Positions 24,252-37,876 of a DNA stretch of 64,000 nt are shown here, one piece after another (position 1 is the first letter of the stretch; each line of letters starts with the position of its first letter). This stretch comes from Polymyxa betae A26-41 (lineage: Eukaryota; Protista; Endomyxa: Phytomyxea), in contig RBZT01000527.1 of assembly GCA_003693705.1 (NCBI GenBank), positions 88,109 through 152,108 on the forward strand, given 5' to 3'. The position numbers and the translations under genes were made by a program. A model generated the notes under the pieces. That model worked only from the letters and a program-made list of their open reading frames with translations, made no database searches and was not told where the DNA came from.

Positions 24252-26532
24252 ATGGAACTTGAGGATATTCAATTTTTCTATAACAGATATCCTCAATACA
24301 AGGTCCATCAATCATATAGCTGGTATCAATGTCAGACGTGGTTCATCTAGGAGGCATTACGATTAGTCACTACTGATGGATCAGCTACAGATATCGAAGA
24401 GAAGAGACATCAAGCTCGAGAAATCCTGGTAAAGTCGTCTTTCACAATACCGATGTCGATCTGAATTTTTACAGACAGGGATTTTGACAGATTCGGAAGC
24501 GTCCTCGAATTCGTTATGGACTGCTATTGTCAAATCAGCTATCGGCTGTGTTCTGATCGCTTTTGTAAGGAACGATTTTTTCTAGAATTTGTGCAATGTT
24601 TACATATAATTGTTAGGAACATATGGGTGAAGGTGAGAGAATTCTTGTTGAAACCATTCCCCTTTTAGAGCAATACCAACACATTACATGCTTGCAATTA
24701 ATTCAAAGGTATTTACGAATATGCTTTGAAACTTATACTGATGTCCTATTCAGTCTGAATACATTAGCTGTTGTACATTATCAGAGAGGAGATATTGATA
24801 CAGCTACACAATACTTGGAGAGGGCTGAGGCTTTATGTTCTCAACATACAGGCGAGGGCCAGTCTGACCCTGATCGCAACGAGATCGATCATTGCAATAC
24901 TCAGACTGTCTTTCTGCTAGCACAGGTCGCTTCTATGTCCTGATTCTGATCAGTTCAATATCTCATCTAAATTCTAACAGATTTATAGTCAATCTTGCGA
25001 ATCAGACAAAGCAGCATTCTATTGTCATAAGACGCTACAACAGCAAATCTCATTTAGGGACTCAAACACTGATTTCGATTCCTTTGTGCGACCATCATCG
25101 TCATCACATTCAATGCCTCATTCATCGAACCTTTTAGGAATGGGCATCCAACTGCATTAAACTATCTGCCTTCTATGTTAATAACAACAGATTACGTCAA
25201 GCCAGGTACTGCATCGATGTAGCGCTGGCGATCTTACCGGAGGGCCAGTACGTTTCATGGGGAACTGTGCTTTGGCCTGTGTCAATTACGTTTAGGTCTG
25301 AGAAAGATGTGTTTATCAAGGCCGATATTCATTGTGCTTTTGCCGAAGTTTATAGTCGTTGGCTGCATCTGTAATGAAGACATTCTGATGAGTTCAATAT
25401 TGACATTTGATTGGTGATATCAGGTCGGGTGATCTATACCAGGGCGAACATCAACAATCAGACACCGACTTCCGCCTTAATAATACCATTGACGAATTTG
25501 TATCTGTATCTGTCCAGATTCCAGCCTGTCTTCAAATTGCTCAGACTTTAAAAGACGTAACAATCTCACTTCCTTCGTGTTCAAGTATTGACAGACTTTC
25601 TGATAGGCTCAGACCATCTTCCGTGAAGGACATCTGCATTTTCAATCTGCTTTGAAGGTTTACACTCTGGATGGATTTGTTACAGATCATGTCGTTCTTC
25701 TACAGGTTCGGAAATGATGGGACTTTTGTATCTAATAACATGCTGTATAGAAAGCCAGTGCGCTGCTGAAAGATCTCATCGTTTTCAGTTCTGATCATTC
25801 ACATATATGGTATTGTTTTAGTCAGATCAGGTGTTCTTATTATACTCATTTCGTTATGTAGCAAATTACATAAACGACGAATTGATTTGCTGGAATCTGT
25901 AACTGGCAAATTGAATCCGAAGATTTACACCGCATTCGTCCGCCAATTGCTTTACGAATTAGCAGAATGTTATTCTGATATGGCAGATTCCAAGGTGAAA
26001 TGTTTCGTACATGTTGTTTGAAGTCGTTATTTGAACTCTGCAGCTTGAACAGATCAATCAGGAATCTGCTCAATGTAAAGCCTCGAGGTTCAAGAAGGTT
26101 AACCTTCTGTAAGGATGATGTGAAGCAGGAATCACCATCATCTTTATCTAATTCATTTACAGAACCGCTAAATCGATCCAATACTTCAGACAGTTCATAT
26201 CGTCCCTGACAGAACATGGATCCAGTGAAGTTGATTCTGGTTCCATCCATACTTTTCTGAAAGCTAAATTCCAAGTTGCCAGATTGTAAAACTCGATTTA
26301 TTGTCGTGCGTCGCTTTTAATTCGTTTGTTACATAGGCATTCTAGATTCATTCATTCTGATAACGAGCCACGAGTCGCTTCCTTAAAGTCCAGCCTGCAT
26401 GAATATGAAGAAATCATCAGTTTGTGTAGGAAGAGACCCGTTGATGAGTTCAAAGAAGAACTCCACATTTGTCAGGAAATGTGTTCTCTGCTTCCGCTCA
26501 AGATCCAATCTCTTCTGTCCTCTGATCAGTAA
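24252..26532 (+). CDS. KIFBP: Kinesin (KIF)-binding protein, TPR-like, many exons
   Basis: NTQTVFLLAQV, KAAFYCHKTLQQQ, FTLDGFVTDHV, HKRRIDLLE..LNPKIY..FVRQLLYELAECY, EELHICQEMCSLLPLKI match KBP blocks. Confidence 0.85.
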
Positions 26533-27546
26533 TACATCAATTGAAATTGTTTTACCTGAAACATTCGCAGTTCCTTTTGAGTTCTCAATTGCCTGATCTT
26601 GATCGTCCCTCTTGTGGCTTTCAGCAACTGATTCGTCAATGATCACAATTGAAAGCTGCTGCAGGGAAGTGCTCAGGAAACGGGAAATGTACGAATACAC
26701 GTTTAGTTTCCGATCGTTCTTGAACACCTCCCAACAGCAGCGTTCAATTTTGACCAACAACGTTGTAATCGATACTGAAGCCGTGATAACTATATGGAAA
26801 TGATCAGATATCGGCTCGGCGATATCGATTTCACTGTCGAAAGGGGGTCGAGGTCGGATCGATCGTACCTGGTCGATCAAGAACACGAGAACCACTGGGC
26901 AATCTAGAAACAGAAACTGGAAGATCTGGTTTTGGGGGCGATCCAATCCACTCAGAAGTCGTATCGACCCAGCGTATCTACTTCAATATCCATGTATGGA
27001 TGAGGCTGTTCTCAATTCTTGTCATCCGATGTCTGAACAGCTTGCTTTAGGTACGACATTGGTTTCTAGAAGTTCTGATTCGTTGATGCCGTTTACCAGA
27101 ACGTCGACACAATGTAATCGACACATTTTGGATAGATTATGCTCAGAGATTATAAACAACCATTTTAAACAATACGACCCATTACTGACGCTCGGCTCCT
27201 GGATTGAAACTTCTATGATGTGATCAGGATATATCATGCCGACTAGAAGCAATGGGGCTCGCCTTCTTCGCTTCCGTTTACCAAAGAACTTTCAGCTAGA
27301 TTCGTCAACGGTTTTATCGTTGGCCTTTGTCAATTCGACCTTCCAGGGAAGGCAGTGTGCCACCACATTCGCTACATTCACCATTAAGGATATTCAGAAA
27401 CCAAACGATAGCTATTTAAGAATTCGTTAAGAAGAATGGATCTGTGTCATCGACCCGCGATAATTCAATATTCGATAGCACGGAGGTCAAAGATCGAAAA
27501 ATGTGTAGTTGGCTTTTATTATATTCTATGATGTTATTACCAGAAT

Positions 27547-30500
27547 TTACAGCTGCTTGCTTCCGAAAATCGGAGCTAGTTTAATACGATCATGCTTTAT
27601 ATTATCTGTAGACATGGATCTCCTCATCTCATGATACGCAGCCATGTTGAACATTCGAATGCCATTAGTGTACAGCTGCTTCGACCGGGATTCAATATGG
27701 TGGGGTTGCAGAGAGGCATGAGGACAATTATATCTGCTCGAATCCGCCCAGAATACACCAGTTCCATCAAACGTTTGCGGTTTCAGGGGAATAGATTTGT
27801 TAGAGATCGATCTCTGCAGCTTAACAATCACTCTATCGGCAGTACAGCCTCCTGGATCAAATTCAACGAAAGATCGGGAATTATAAGGCGCCTTTTCTGG
27901 TTCCATTGTGGATAATTCCCCTTCTGTGGTTGGAAACCGGCTCCAATGCTCGTTTTGAAGCCGATTTAGCAAATTATTTTCAAGATGGGATAGCTCCCGA
28001 CCAACGGCATCGTATGAGGGCTGCTGCTGATGATAGTCTGAATAAGAAGCTTTAATTATTAAAAGGAAAAACGCCCGTTCTCAACTTACAAGATATTGTG
28101 TCTTCAACCAAATGAATCTGCATTAGGATTTTCTTATATGTTATCAACGCTTCAATGCTGAAATTCGCTTGGATCAACGAATCAATTAGATCAGCATAGT
28201 CTTGTAGCAGCGCAACTTGAACAGATATCGGAGCCAATCCATTGTATTGCTGGAAAATCGTGCTGATTTGATCAAATCCCAGTGGAGATGATTTGAACCA
28301 AGACCAATGGTCAGAAACCACTTTGGACAAGCTAAGACATTGTGGTGATAGCGTTGATGTCGGAGCAGATACTGATTGGTATATTATGGGAAATTCTGGA
28401 TCTGAGCAGCATTTAGATAATGGTGTTAGTGCTGATATAAATTTCGACAAAGAAATTGGGTCAGAGAGGGCATCAGCAACGGCTTGTTCGACCTACGTAT
28501 GTAATCAGATTATCATGTTCCTCTTCAAATTTGAAAGCCTCACTTGTTTAAGAGTCGCTGATCTGAACATAATGACTAGTATTTTAATCAGCAGGGGACG
28601 GTGCCAAAAGATATTGGAAGGCGGCTCTCGATTGAGTCCCATGTGAGCAAATATTCGATGGGCAGTATTGCGAAATTTTATATTGAGAGAGTGCTGTTTC
28701 TGGATACAGAATTTAAAAAATGAATGCATTCCAATTACATTTTCTAGCGTGGCAAGTGCCTGCATTTCTTGCTCCAGCAAGGCCAGGCCGTAATGCGAAA
28801 AAACAGGAAAGAAGCTCCCTAAAGCTGATAAAAAATGATTTTGTCGTATGTAACGGGTTTCGCCCAGACGATACAGATCAAGCATATCTTCCGGCGTAAC
28901 ATTCCAGATCGGTGATGACAGTGCAGATTCACGATGATGAATGTACAAAGTGACTAGGGCCACGGTGTCATCAGCAAAAGCATTGTCGTAGAACATCTTG
29001 AATAAAGCCACTTCTGGCAAATGACGAGAAAATCGTGTAACAGCCATGTAGAGATCTTGGCAGATTGATTGTACCAGAATGTCTATACCGAAGTTTACAG
29101 GGATATACTGTTGAATGATAAATTCATTCAGTGAAAGGATAGGTAATGCACAGCGTTTACGCCTTATGTCAACGTCGAGTTTGCTTTGGTATATATGGTT
29201 GATCCGACGAAGCAGAGATCTCTTATGGAATGCCCGAGTGGACAGTTGATTCTGTACGATCCCAGGCGGCAATATAACACGATGCCTCCTTGGCTTCCGT
29301 TTACTGTCAAAGCTGCTGTCGGAATCGTTATCGCTTTCATCATCATGGCGCATAATCGTGGTCAAGTGTTCGTTTTCGAGATGCGTTTTCAAATTATTCT
29401 CGGAAGGCGTTTCACCTTCACTTAATGATTCATCAATCAAGTCATTCTTACGAGTATATTTGTGCTGGCCAATAACCGAATTCTTGGACTTTTTACCAGT
29501 TGCCAAGCCCCCAGCCACAGATACTGATTTCGATTGAAAGTCATTATCTGGTGAGCATTTTTCATGAAAATTATATTGCGCTTGACTCGTTTCAACAATC
29601 GAGGATCCGGAGTTCATCCTGGGAGATCGCCTGTTGGATTGTTCGTTATCGCTTAATTCCGGATTGTGATGACGATTATCAATATCTGACTGAGATAATT
29701 CGGATTCCGAATCTGAGTCATCCGACCATTCGCCGTTAATATCTCCTGGAACAGCCGTAACGCTGGCAGATAAATATGAACCAGAAGCAAGTTGATTGTT
29801 GTCATTTGCAATGCGCTCATGTTCTTCAGTTAGCATCTTCTGGACCCAATCATGACGATTTTTTGCACTTTTTGTGGGCTTTCTTTTCACGCGTACTGGT
29901 TTTGGATCATCTTGAAGTTCTGGATGTGGCATTGAAACAAGCTGGTCGCCTTGGTTTTGATGTGATTTCGTCTCACTGACTCGAACTTCAGACGATCCGT
30001 TTGAGCAGGCCGGTTCCGAATTTTGAGCATCGTCCACAGCAACATCATCCCCATTAATGCTGTAATCTATGCCCTTTTTAGACTTTGTTTTCCCTCGCTT
30101 ATTCCCAGACTTGAGTTTCTTCTTCATATTAACCTTCGTGGGCTGATCAGCATCTCTCTTCTGACTGCGATCCCCGCTATCCAGATTCGATTCGTCATCG
30201 CTTCTTATCCCGATCTGATTCAGACCGCTAAGAGCCCTGCTCTCACTTGATCTTGTAGGTTTAAACGTGTTAATGGAAGCCTGGCTTGCTGGTTGACCCA
30301 GGATTGATTGTCCTGCCTTGTTCATTCCAAAAACAGATGCATGTCTTTCAGCCTCGACCTTTTTGCTCACATAATCTGGGGAGGTTTCCGAGAAACTGTC
30401 ATCATTGCGTTGAACAGGCAATCCATATCCTCCTTTTACTGACTCAAAGCCGATCTCTGTATCCCGGTCGTCATTTATTTCGGTAGGCTTTGGAAGATTT

Positions 30501-32883
30501 CGCCGCAAATCTGGAATCTCTTTAATCGTTCTCATCTGAGCAGCTTCATGTGCGCTTTTAACCGGGTCATGCTTCTTTTTTGACATTTTCTTGTGCTTTT
30601 TGGGATTTAGCGAACCATTCGATGCCAGATGTTGCTGGTTGAGAGCATCCTGGTCGTCCGTTTCAACATTATAACTTGCTTCAAGCTCGGAATACATGGG
30701 TAATGTTTGAGTACCCTCGACGTCATTCTTGTTTTGAGAGGAGGCATAATCTTGGGGTTCGTTGTTGCTTCGAATATCCTCGGAGAATAAACCTTGGTGA
30801 ATGGTTTCTGATGTTGGCGGAATTACTGTATGTTTGACCGATTTTCGCTGTTCTTGAACAATATCCGTTTTAGGTCGTTCAGTATCAGAATGTTGCCTAT
30901 CTGAGCTTCGGAATTGTCGCTCCTTATCAGGCTTGGATTCTATAAAAGTATCTTCTTTGGTATAGTGGACGATTTGTGAAGACCCTTTCGGTGACAGATC
31001 CTCAGTGACTTCGATATTGTTTGAAGTTGGCCGAAGATCTTCGCCTTTGTTGATGAAATTAGCGGGAGTCCTCTTTGGGACATGATCAGTCTTGGTTGCT
31101 GGAGATCTGACATTTTCAGTTATCAAGGCTTGTTTCATATCAAGTTGAAGTTGTAATTTTTGCGTCGACTGCTTTAGATTTGTGATCGTTGAACTCGCTC
31201 TGCCCAGCTCTTCCGTCAGCTCTTTGATGCGTTGCTGAGATTCTGCCTTTTGGATACCGAACGCATCTGAAACGTTTTTGAGCTCAATCAGCGCTTTTTC
31301 CAGTCTTTCTTGTAAAGAAGCAATCAGTGTATTCGCCGCTTCTAAAGCTGAGTTGGCCGATACCGGCGCCGGTTTGGGAGTCGCCTTGCCCTGGTTCTTA
31401 ACTTTACCTAGTAGAGATAAAGTAGAAGACAGAGATTGCGAAGTGAGTTGAGAAGATGGTAATGATGCTGGCTCGACTGTGTTCGAAGCGTAAACTACTG
31501 AGATGTGGGCCTTATTGAGTGTAATGACATGATTGAAGGAGGCCAAGACACAACTAGCCAGTTCAGGGGTGCCCATTTCTATCAGTACATTATCACCACA
31601 AGCACGTTTATATTTCATACCCCCTATACACAGGATCTGTTTCTCTAGTACAGACCATTCTTCATCTGATTCTGATAGACCACTGATCAGAATCTTCGAG
31701 CTAGGGTATTCGCTGGCGAAGTCGCATCGGCCCCAGCTCGAGAGTATGACACGGCTAGATTTGGCTTCATCGATCGAGTTGAATTCCAGAAAGATGGCGC
31801 GGTAAGTGCCCCGATATTGATGAACTACGATCATGTTTGTTCGCCTGGCGATTTTCAATCCAGCGAATGCAGAGCTCACTGAGAAGGAATCGTTCAGATC
31901 CCAGAGTAATAATGTACGAGTTGAGTTTCCACTCAGAACATGCTCATGGAGAGGTCGTCCAATCACACTCTCTAATAGATTATGCTCATCTTCATACATC
32001 ACGAGGGTCCGTCCGTAATTTGCTTTAAGCTCGTCTCGTTCATGCTCGGCGCCAACCAATCGGTCAAGAAACGCTGCCTGATCGGTTTTATATCGCCTCC
32101 GAACATCATCCAATGTGGCGTTAGCAATGTGGCGCTGGCGTATTTCCTCCTCTAGCAACCTTTGGCGATCCTCACATTGAATGCGAATTGCATCACGTTC
32201 GGCCTCGGTATTGAAAAGGCGTTTTGCAAGATCGGCAACCTTTTGTTGGGATATCGCCAGAGAACGGGCAGACGTCGAATTGGCCTCCAGTGTTCGTTGG
32301 AGCCGATGTAGACATTCAGTATTTGCTTTGTCGGCACGATTCCAGAGATTCAATAAAAGGTGGCCACGATCGTTGCAAACAACTCGAACTTGCCTAAAAA
32401 GCATATCAAAAGCCGTTCTCTAAGGCAAATGTGCACTAACTCGATAGCTTGACGAGCGACCAAGTCAGAAAATGATAATTGCTCTTGGATCATCTTTATC
32501 CAGTTTTCGTCGTTATGATTTTGGTTTCCGTGCTGTGCTTCAGTTTCTACTAGAAACCGTTCATAGGATTCTCTTAGAACTTTAGCTCCCACTCGAGAAG
32601 CCGGTCTGGATGCACGCCCTGGCACATCTTTGTAATCGATTAGATATGACACATCAGTATCTCCAGTATGTAGATTCATTGTCGATGATGATTTCTTGAA
32701 ACGGTGATGCCGATGATTGGGAAAGTTCTGAGCGCCTCTTCTGATAGCAGCTATATCAACATCACGTAACCATTGTTGAAGGATATCGCTTGAGCTATTC
32801 AGATCTTCTTCTTCTGGTTTTGAGTCACTGTCATCTGGTTGGACTTCAGACAGTTTGTTTGCTTTATCGCTATCTGATTCCAT
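27547..32883 (-). CDS. Large putative axonemal protein: p28/AXDND1-like N-terminal motif, coiled coils, RRM-like repeats, long disordered region, helical C-terminus
   Basis: Spliced IEQVRVVCNDRGHLLLNLW resembles the Ax_dynein_light motif; 3.9-kb exon; collinear downstream minus-strand ORFs 28052-28450 and 27547-27972. Confidence 0.55.
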
Positions 32884-33072
32884 CAGAAGTCGCCCCTAAT
32901 GGCATCCAATGCCGTTTTACAAAGAACATGCAATACCCATAAAGGTACGGTCGAGTATTTTCCTGAAACCATTCTAAACATAAACATTGGTAAACGTTAA
33001 CATGATGATAAGAATGTTTACGGCCATCAGATCTACCCGCCTATCCGCATTGTCATCTCTCCACTTGTCTCC

Positions 33073-33915
33073 ATGTCGATGGAGCCGATCAATGGCACAT
33101 GCCTGTTCATTGGTGCTGGTCAGATGGCCACCGCCTTAATCGGCGGTTTCTTGCAAAGCGGCATGCTAACAGCTGGCCAAATTACAGCTGTCGATCCAAA
33201 CCCTTCGTGTCGAGCTGCAGTTCTTAACAGATTTGCGGTTCAAGTCTCTGACAGTGCTGGAATTTCAGCTCCTGACATTGTGTTTATTTGTGTGAAGCCA
33301 AAAGACGTACCAGAGGCTCTGCGTTCAATCAAATTAGACGCGAATCCGCTTGTTGTATCAATTGCTGCTGGCGTCACTATTGCTTCTATTGAGTCTGGGC
33401 TTGCAACTGGACGCGATCCCTCCAATGTTAAACTTGCCCGAGTAATTAGGATAATGCCAAATACGCCTTGTTTGGTTGGGGCTGCAGCTTCTGGAATTAG
33501 CGCTGGACATCACGCCTCCCAAGAAGATGTCGATCTTATATTACGGCTGATGTCGTCTGTTGGCAAAGCGATTGTCGTGCCTGAATCGAACCTGGACGCC
33601 GTCACTGGTCTCAGCGGTTCGGGGCCTGCTTATGTGTTTACAATGATCGAAGCTCTCTCCGATGGAGGTGTGGCTGCAGGGCTGAACCGAGACCAGGCCC
33701 AGGTATTAGCAGCACAAACAGTTTTAGGAGCTGCGAAAATGGTGCTGGAGACAGGCAAACACCCTGGCCAGCTCAAAGATGCTGTTGCTAGCCCCGCTGG
33801 AACGACTATCGCTGGATTGATTGAGCTGGAGAGGAAAGGATTTCGTGCTGCTCTTATCGATGCTGTTCTGGCGGCCTCCAGTAGAGCTCATTGTCTCTCA
33901 AAACCTAAGCAGTAA
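33073..33915 (+). CDS. PYCR: Pyrroline-5-carboxylate reductase, intronless
   Basis: FIGAGQMA, SIAAGV, RIMPNTP, DAVTGLSGSGPAY, HPGQLKDAVASPAGTTIAG. Confidence 0.97.
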   Translation: MSMEPINGTCLFIGAGQMATALIGGFLQSGMLTAGQITAVDPNPSCRAAVLNRFAVQVSDSAGISAPDIVFICVKPKDVPEALRSIKLDANPLVVSIAAGVTIASIESGLATGRDPSNVKLARVIRIMPNTPCLVGAAASGISAGHHASQEDVDLILRLMSSVGKAIVVPESNLDAVTGLSGSGPAYVFTMIEALSDGGVAAGLNRDQAQVLAAQTVLGAAKMVLETGKHPGQLKDAVASPAGTTIAGLIELERKGFRAALIDAVLAASSRAHCLSKPKQ

Positions 33916-33978
33916 TTGTCTCAGATACAAAAGTTTTCTATATGCTTTTCAAACGTCTTCCAGGCAAGATTTGAGGGT

Positions 33979-35251
33979 TTATTGCTTTTTTTGAGGTAAT
34001 CGTGGAAGTAGATGAAAAGGCGTTCCCGGAATCGTATTGGTAGTGAAGTATTCATGATCCAGAGCCTGTTCAGCACTGATTCTCTGCTTGGGATCAAATG
34101 TTAACATCTTTTGAAGAAGATCCAAAGCTAAGGCCGGTACGCCGGGGAATATTGTTGATAATGGGGTCCCAGTACGATGCTCGAACTGAGCATATGCTGG
34201 CAAGGCTGTGACACCTGGCCAGACATCTTCGGTAGGCGTTCCTAGTACAGCGAAGATCATGGACAGCTGCAGAATAGTGTTAGATTTCACAGAAGGAGAT
34301 AAGGATGGATCGCATTGGACCTGTTCGATCTCAGTTGAGCCGTGAAATAAAGGAACACGCAGCATCAACTGAGCGAAAATGCAGCCACATGACCAAATAT
34401 CAGATCCCGGCCCATACGAAGTCGCTCCAAAAAGAAGCTAAGCAACCGATAAGTGAGTGTAGGAGGAAGGAATACTGAACATACTTCTGGGGAACGGAAC
34501 CACAATGTACAGGCCTGTGGCGAAAATTGACGATTTGGAGAGCCGAAGATCTTGGCTAGACCAAAATCGCTGAGCTTCAGGATGCCCTGCTGCGAAATAA
34601 GACAGTTGGACGGTTTTAGATCTCGATGCAGCGTCCAGTGTTTATGACAAAAATCGACAGCCTCCAGCAGCATCTACTATGAATGAGAAGCTAGATGGAG
34701 GAATGGAACCAGAAGATAACCGACCCTCATATAAGATTTGATATCTCCCGGACGTAAAACTATGGACCTATCCAACCATGATGTAAAATGCAATGCTCTT
34801 TGATGCACAGGACTTTATCGGTTTACGTGGTATTGATAATGACTTCCAAATCGGTCTAAGCGCAATCAGCGATTTAGTGTGATGAATGAATTCTCTGTTT
34901 GTGCTGAAAGAACTGCCCATTACCTGCATTTCTTCCAGTACGACATGAATATTGCCACGATTAGCAAACACGTGATACACAGGAATAATATGAACGTGAG
35001 CTAATTCTTGCAATAACTTCAGTTCCCGAATGGTTTCTTGACTGACTCCATCCGAAGACGACTTCATTCGAATCTTCTTTATCCTATAAAGTCGCAACTT
35101 GGTTGGATGTTTTACTGATTCCTGGGCAAAGGACGAACGCGACGGTTTTCGGCATATCAGGATGGAACGCTCGGTCGCCGATGAATTCAGCACGATAGAC
35201 AACACCATGGGCACCTGATCCCAGTTTTTCAAGTTTCTTGTAGCTCTCCAT
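33979..35251 (-). CDS. CDK7: CDK-activating kinase CDK7/CDKD/Kin28, multi-exon
   Basis: LGSGAHGVVY, VAIKKIR, HRDLKPSN, DFGLAKIFGSPNRQ, MLRVPLFHGSTEIEQL, LGTPTEDVWPG. Confidence 0.85.
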
Positions 35252-35738
35252 TGTGCGTATCTAATCCGCTCGGCTTCCCTCTCTGAGTCCGACTTCCACC
35301 GATCGCTTGTTGAATAGTACTTCGATGAAACAATTAAACATTAAAGGTGATGTTTATTTTCGTGATGGCTTAATTGCGTCTTGGCAAAAATGCAGCTAAC
35401 GGATAAATTTGCTATGGTTGATTTATCGAAACATGCCTGTATATATCTCATGGCATTTATATAACTTCCCCTGCCTATATATTTCCTGACGGTATCCAAA
35501 TGTGTAGAATGAGGACAATATATGGAAGATTGGGATTGTTATGGGACCATGGAGAAGTCTAGAGTCGGATTATTCTATAACGGAGTTGGTGCCCCGAGAG
35601 GACCTGCCTCTAAATAGACTCGCTATCACTATCTGTCTCTCACATGCTCTAATTTGAGCTGAAATATACCTATCAGGGTACCTTGCCAGATCTTATTGTA
35701 GACATTGTCCAGGTCAATACCTGTCCTTACCATCAAAC

Positions 35739-36600
35739 ATGAATCTCTTCGGGAGGAAGAAGGCCCCGGCTCCCAATATGAACGAGAGCATATTGAAGCT
35801 CAGAGAGACTATCAATCAGCTTGGCAAACGTGAAGAGCATCTTCAGAGGCAGGCTGATGCCTGTCTCGAAGCTGCCAAAATGAAATCTAAGAAAAAAGAT
35901 AAAAGAGGTTCAGAAAGCTGGTCTTTTTTCAAGAAAATATGGCCACTTAACAGTTTGTAGGTGCATTGTTCGAATTAAAACGAAAGAAAATGTTCGAAAA
36001 GCAGATTGAGCAAATGTTTGGCAAACGGGTGAATTTAGAGACCCAGATCTTTGCTTTGGAATCTGCTGCCACCAACAAGGAAGTAATCTCGGCCATGCAG
36101 CAAGGCAAGCAGGCCATCGATGCTTCACTCAAATCATTGTAGGAGCTTTTTTTTGGTGAATGTTTTACTTACCTTTTTCTGTAGTGATGTGGATAATGTC
36201 GCTGATATCATGGATGGAATCGACGAAAGCGTTGCTATGGTCGATGAACTCGACACTGCTCTGTCGCAGCCATTAGGAGCGAACACGTATCAAGATGTAA
36301 GTCCTGATTCAATTATTGTGAAAACATTGTAAAGAATGGGCTTTTCAGGATGATCTTGAGGCAGAGCTTGCTGAACTTGAAGATCAGCAAATCCACGAGG
36401 AGCTTCTGTCAGTACCGGACGTGGCTGTTTCGAAAACCCCCGCTATTGAAAAGAAAGGTAATCTCAATTTGCATCTCGTTCAGTATAAGATCTAACGTCG
36501 ATTTAAAGCTATTGTATCGACACCAGCAGTGGCTCAAACTGCATCAGACTCAGCCAACATCGACGCTGATCTTGCACAGCTAGAAGCTGAATTCGTATAA
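35739..36600 (+). CDS. SNF7: ESCRT-III subunit Snf7/Vps32/CHMP4, 5 exons
   Basis: MNLFGRKK..SILKLRETINQLGKREEHL, ALFELKRKKMFEKQ, LETQIFALESAATNKEV, DVDNVADIMD. Confidence 0.93.
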
Positions 36601-36970
36601 TATGAATCTAGTCACTTTATTAATAAAGAAAATTGGCCTGTAATCTCGCCCTAACGCTGTATTAATTTCAATGGCACTCGATACAGATTTAGTCGATCCT
36701 ACTAAAGTGGTCTAACGAATAAAGCCAAGTCGCTGGAAACCCTAGTTCAGAGTCGATGTTGGGCTTGCGCCGCTTCCAGAACAATCACTGGTTGAACGCG
36801 TCATGTCTGTGAATGCGGCCGTGGCTCTGTGATGGGCTGCTGCTAAGTGTAGAAGTATCCAATAGGTTCGGTCGTTTATTTGGGTTCTCCTGGTCCGTTT
36901 AGAAATACCGCTGTACAATTAATAAGATATCTTACTGGACCGTACACCGGTTGTATTCATATTAATCGTA

Positions 36971-37876
36971 ATGCTTGAACAGCTAGGCTTGGACCTGGTC
37001 GAGGCTGTCATCTCATTCTTAATCGGATCTCCTGATCTCGACGTCTGTCTTAACGTGAATCGATTCTGTCGCCTGGCCACGTTTACCACGCTACGTCATC
37101 GACCCGAAAACACCTGTACTATACGGTGGTGCTGTGAGCGAGGCTATGCTCGTTTAGTGCATGACCTGCTTCGTGATGGCAGATTTGATCCAACAGCTCG
37201 CGATAACATTGCATTACGCTATGCCTGTATGAATGGCCATGTTCGGGTCGTGAAGCTTCTTATCACCGACGGACGCGTCGATCCATCGGCCAATTTCAGC
37301 CTGGCCTTGCGTTGGGCTGTTCATGGCAACCATATCGACGTTGTTAAGGTTCTTCTTGCAGATCAACGTGTTGATCCTGGGTCCTGTGCTAACGAGGCTA
37401 TTCGTATCGCCAGTGAGAATGGATTTCTGGAGATTGTCAATCTGCTGCTGGAGGATAATCGTGTCAATCCAGCAGCTGAGAACAATTTTGCTATTCGTTG
37501 GGCCAGTCGGAATGGCCATGTCGATGCTGTACGCGCCTTGTTAGGCGACGCTCGGGTGGACCCATCCGATGAGGATAACGACGCCATTGTTCTAGCGACT
37601 CGCAATGGGCATGCTGATGTTGTCAAAGTTTTATTGGAGGACCGCCGGGTCGACTTCGCGGCTGATAATAATTACGTACTTCGGCTGGCGATCGCCAACC
37701 ATCATTTCAATGTCCTTGATGTTCTGATGCAGAAGGTTCAATGGATGTCGATGTTGAATGATTTGATTCCAGAATCATCTGGGACGGCCGTCATCGAAGA
37801 GCCTCAGCTATTCTCATGTGCCATGCGGAATGGTAGCAGTGAAGATTTGACTGCTTTGTGGCAGCAGGCTCACTAA
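36971..37876 (+). CDS. Ankyrin-repeat protein (about 6 repeats) with F-box-like N-terminus, intronless
   Basis: 34-aa periodic D.RVDP.A..N.A.R.A..NGH..VV..LL; N-terminal LEQLGLDLVEAVISFL..DLDVCLNVNR. Confidence 0.85.
   Translation: MLEQLGLDLVEAVISFLIGSPDLDVCLNVNRFCRLATFTTLRHRPENTCTIRWCCERGYARLVHDLLRDGRFDPTARDNIALRYACMNGHVRVVKLLITDGRVDPSANFSLALRWAVHGNHIDVVKVLLADQRVDPGSCANEAIRIASENGFLEIVNLLLEDNRVNPAAENNFAIRWASRNGHVDAVRALLGDARVDPSDEDNDAIVLATRNGHADVVKVLLEDRRVDFAADNNYVLRLAIANHHFNVLDVLMQKVQWMSMLNDLIPESSGTAVIEEPQLFSCAMRNGSSEDLTALWQQAH

Noticed and set aside
26532-27430. Possible extra gene between KIFBP and the large axonemal-like gene, including homeodomain-like WKIWFWGR
   Set aside because: Could not build a consistent spliced model on either strand, and the motif lacks the rest of a homeodomain
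33073-33915. Intronless P5C reductase as bacterial HGT
   Set aside because: Other clearly eukaryotic genes here (MCMBP) are also intronless, and the motifs are universal
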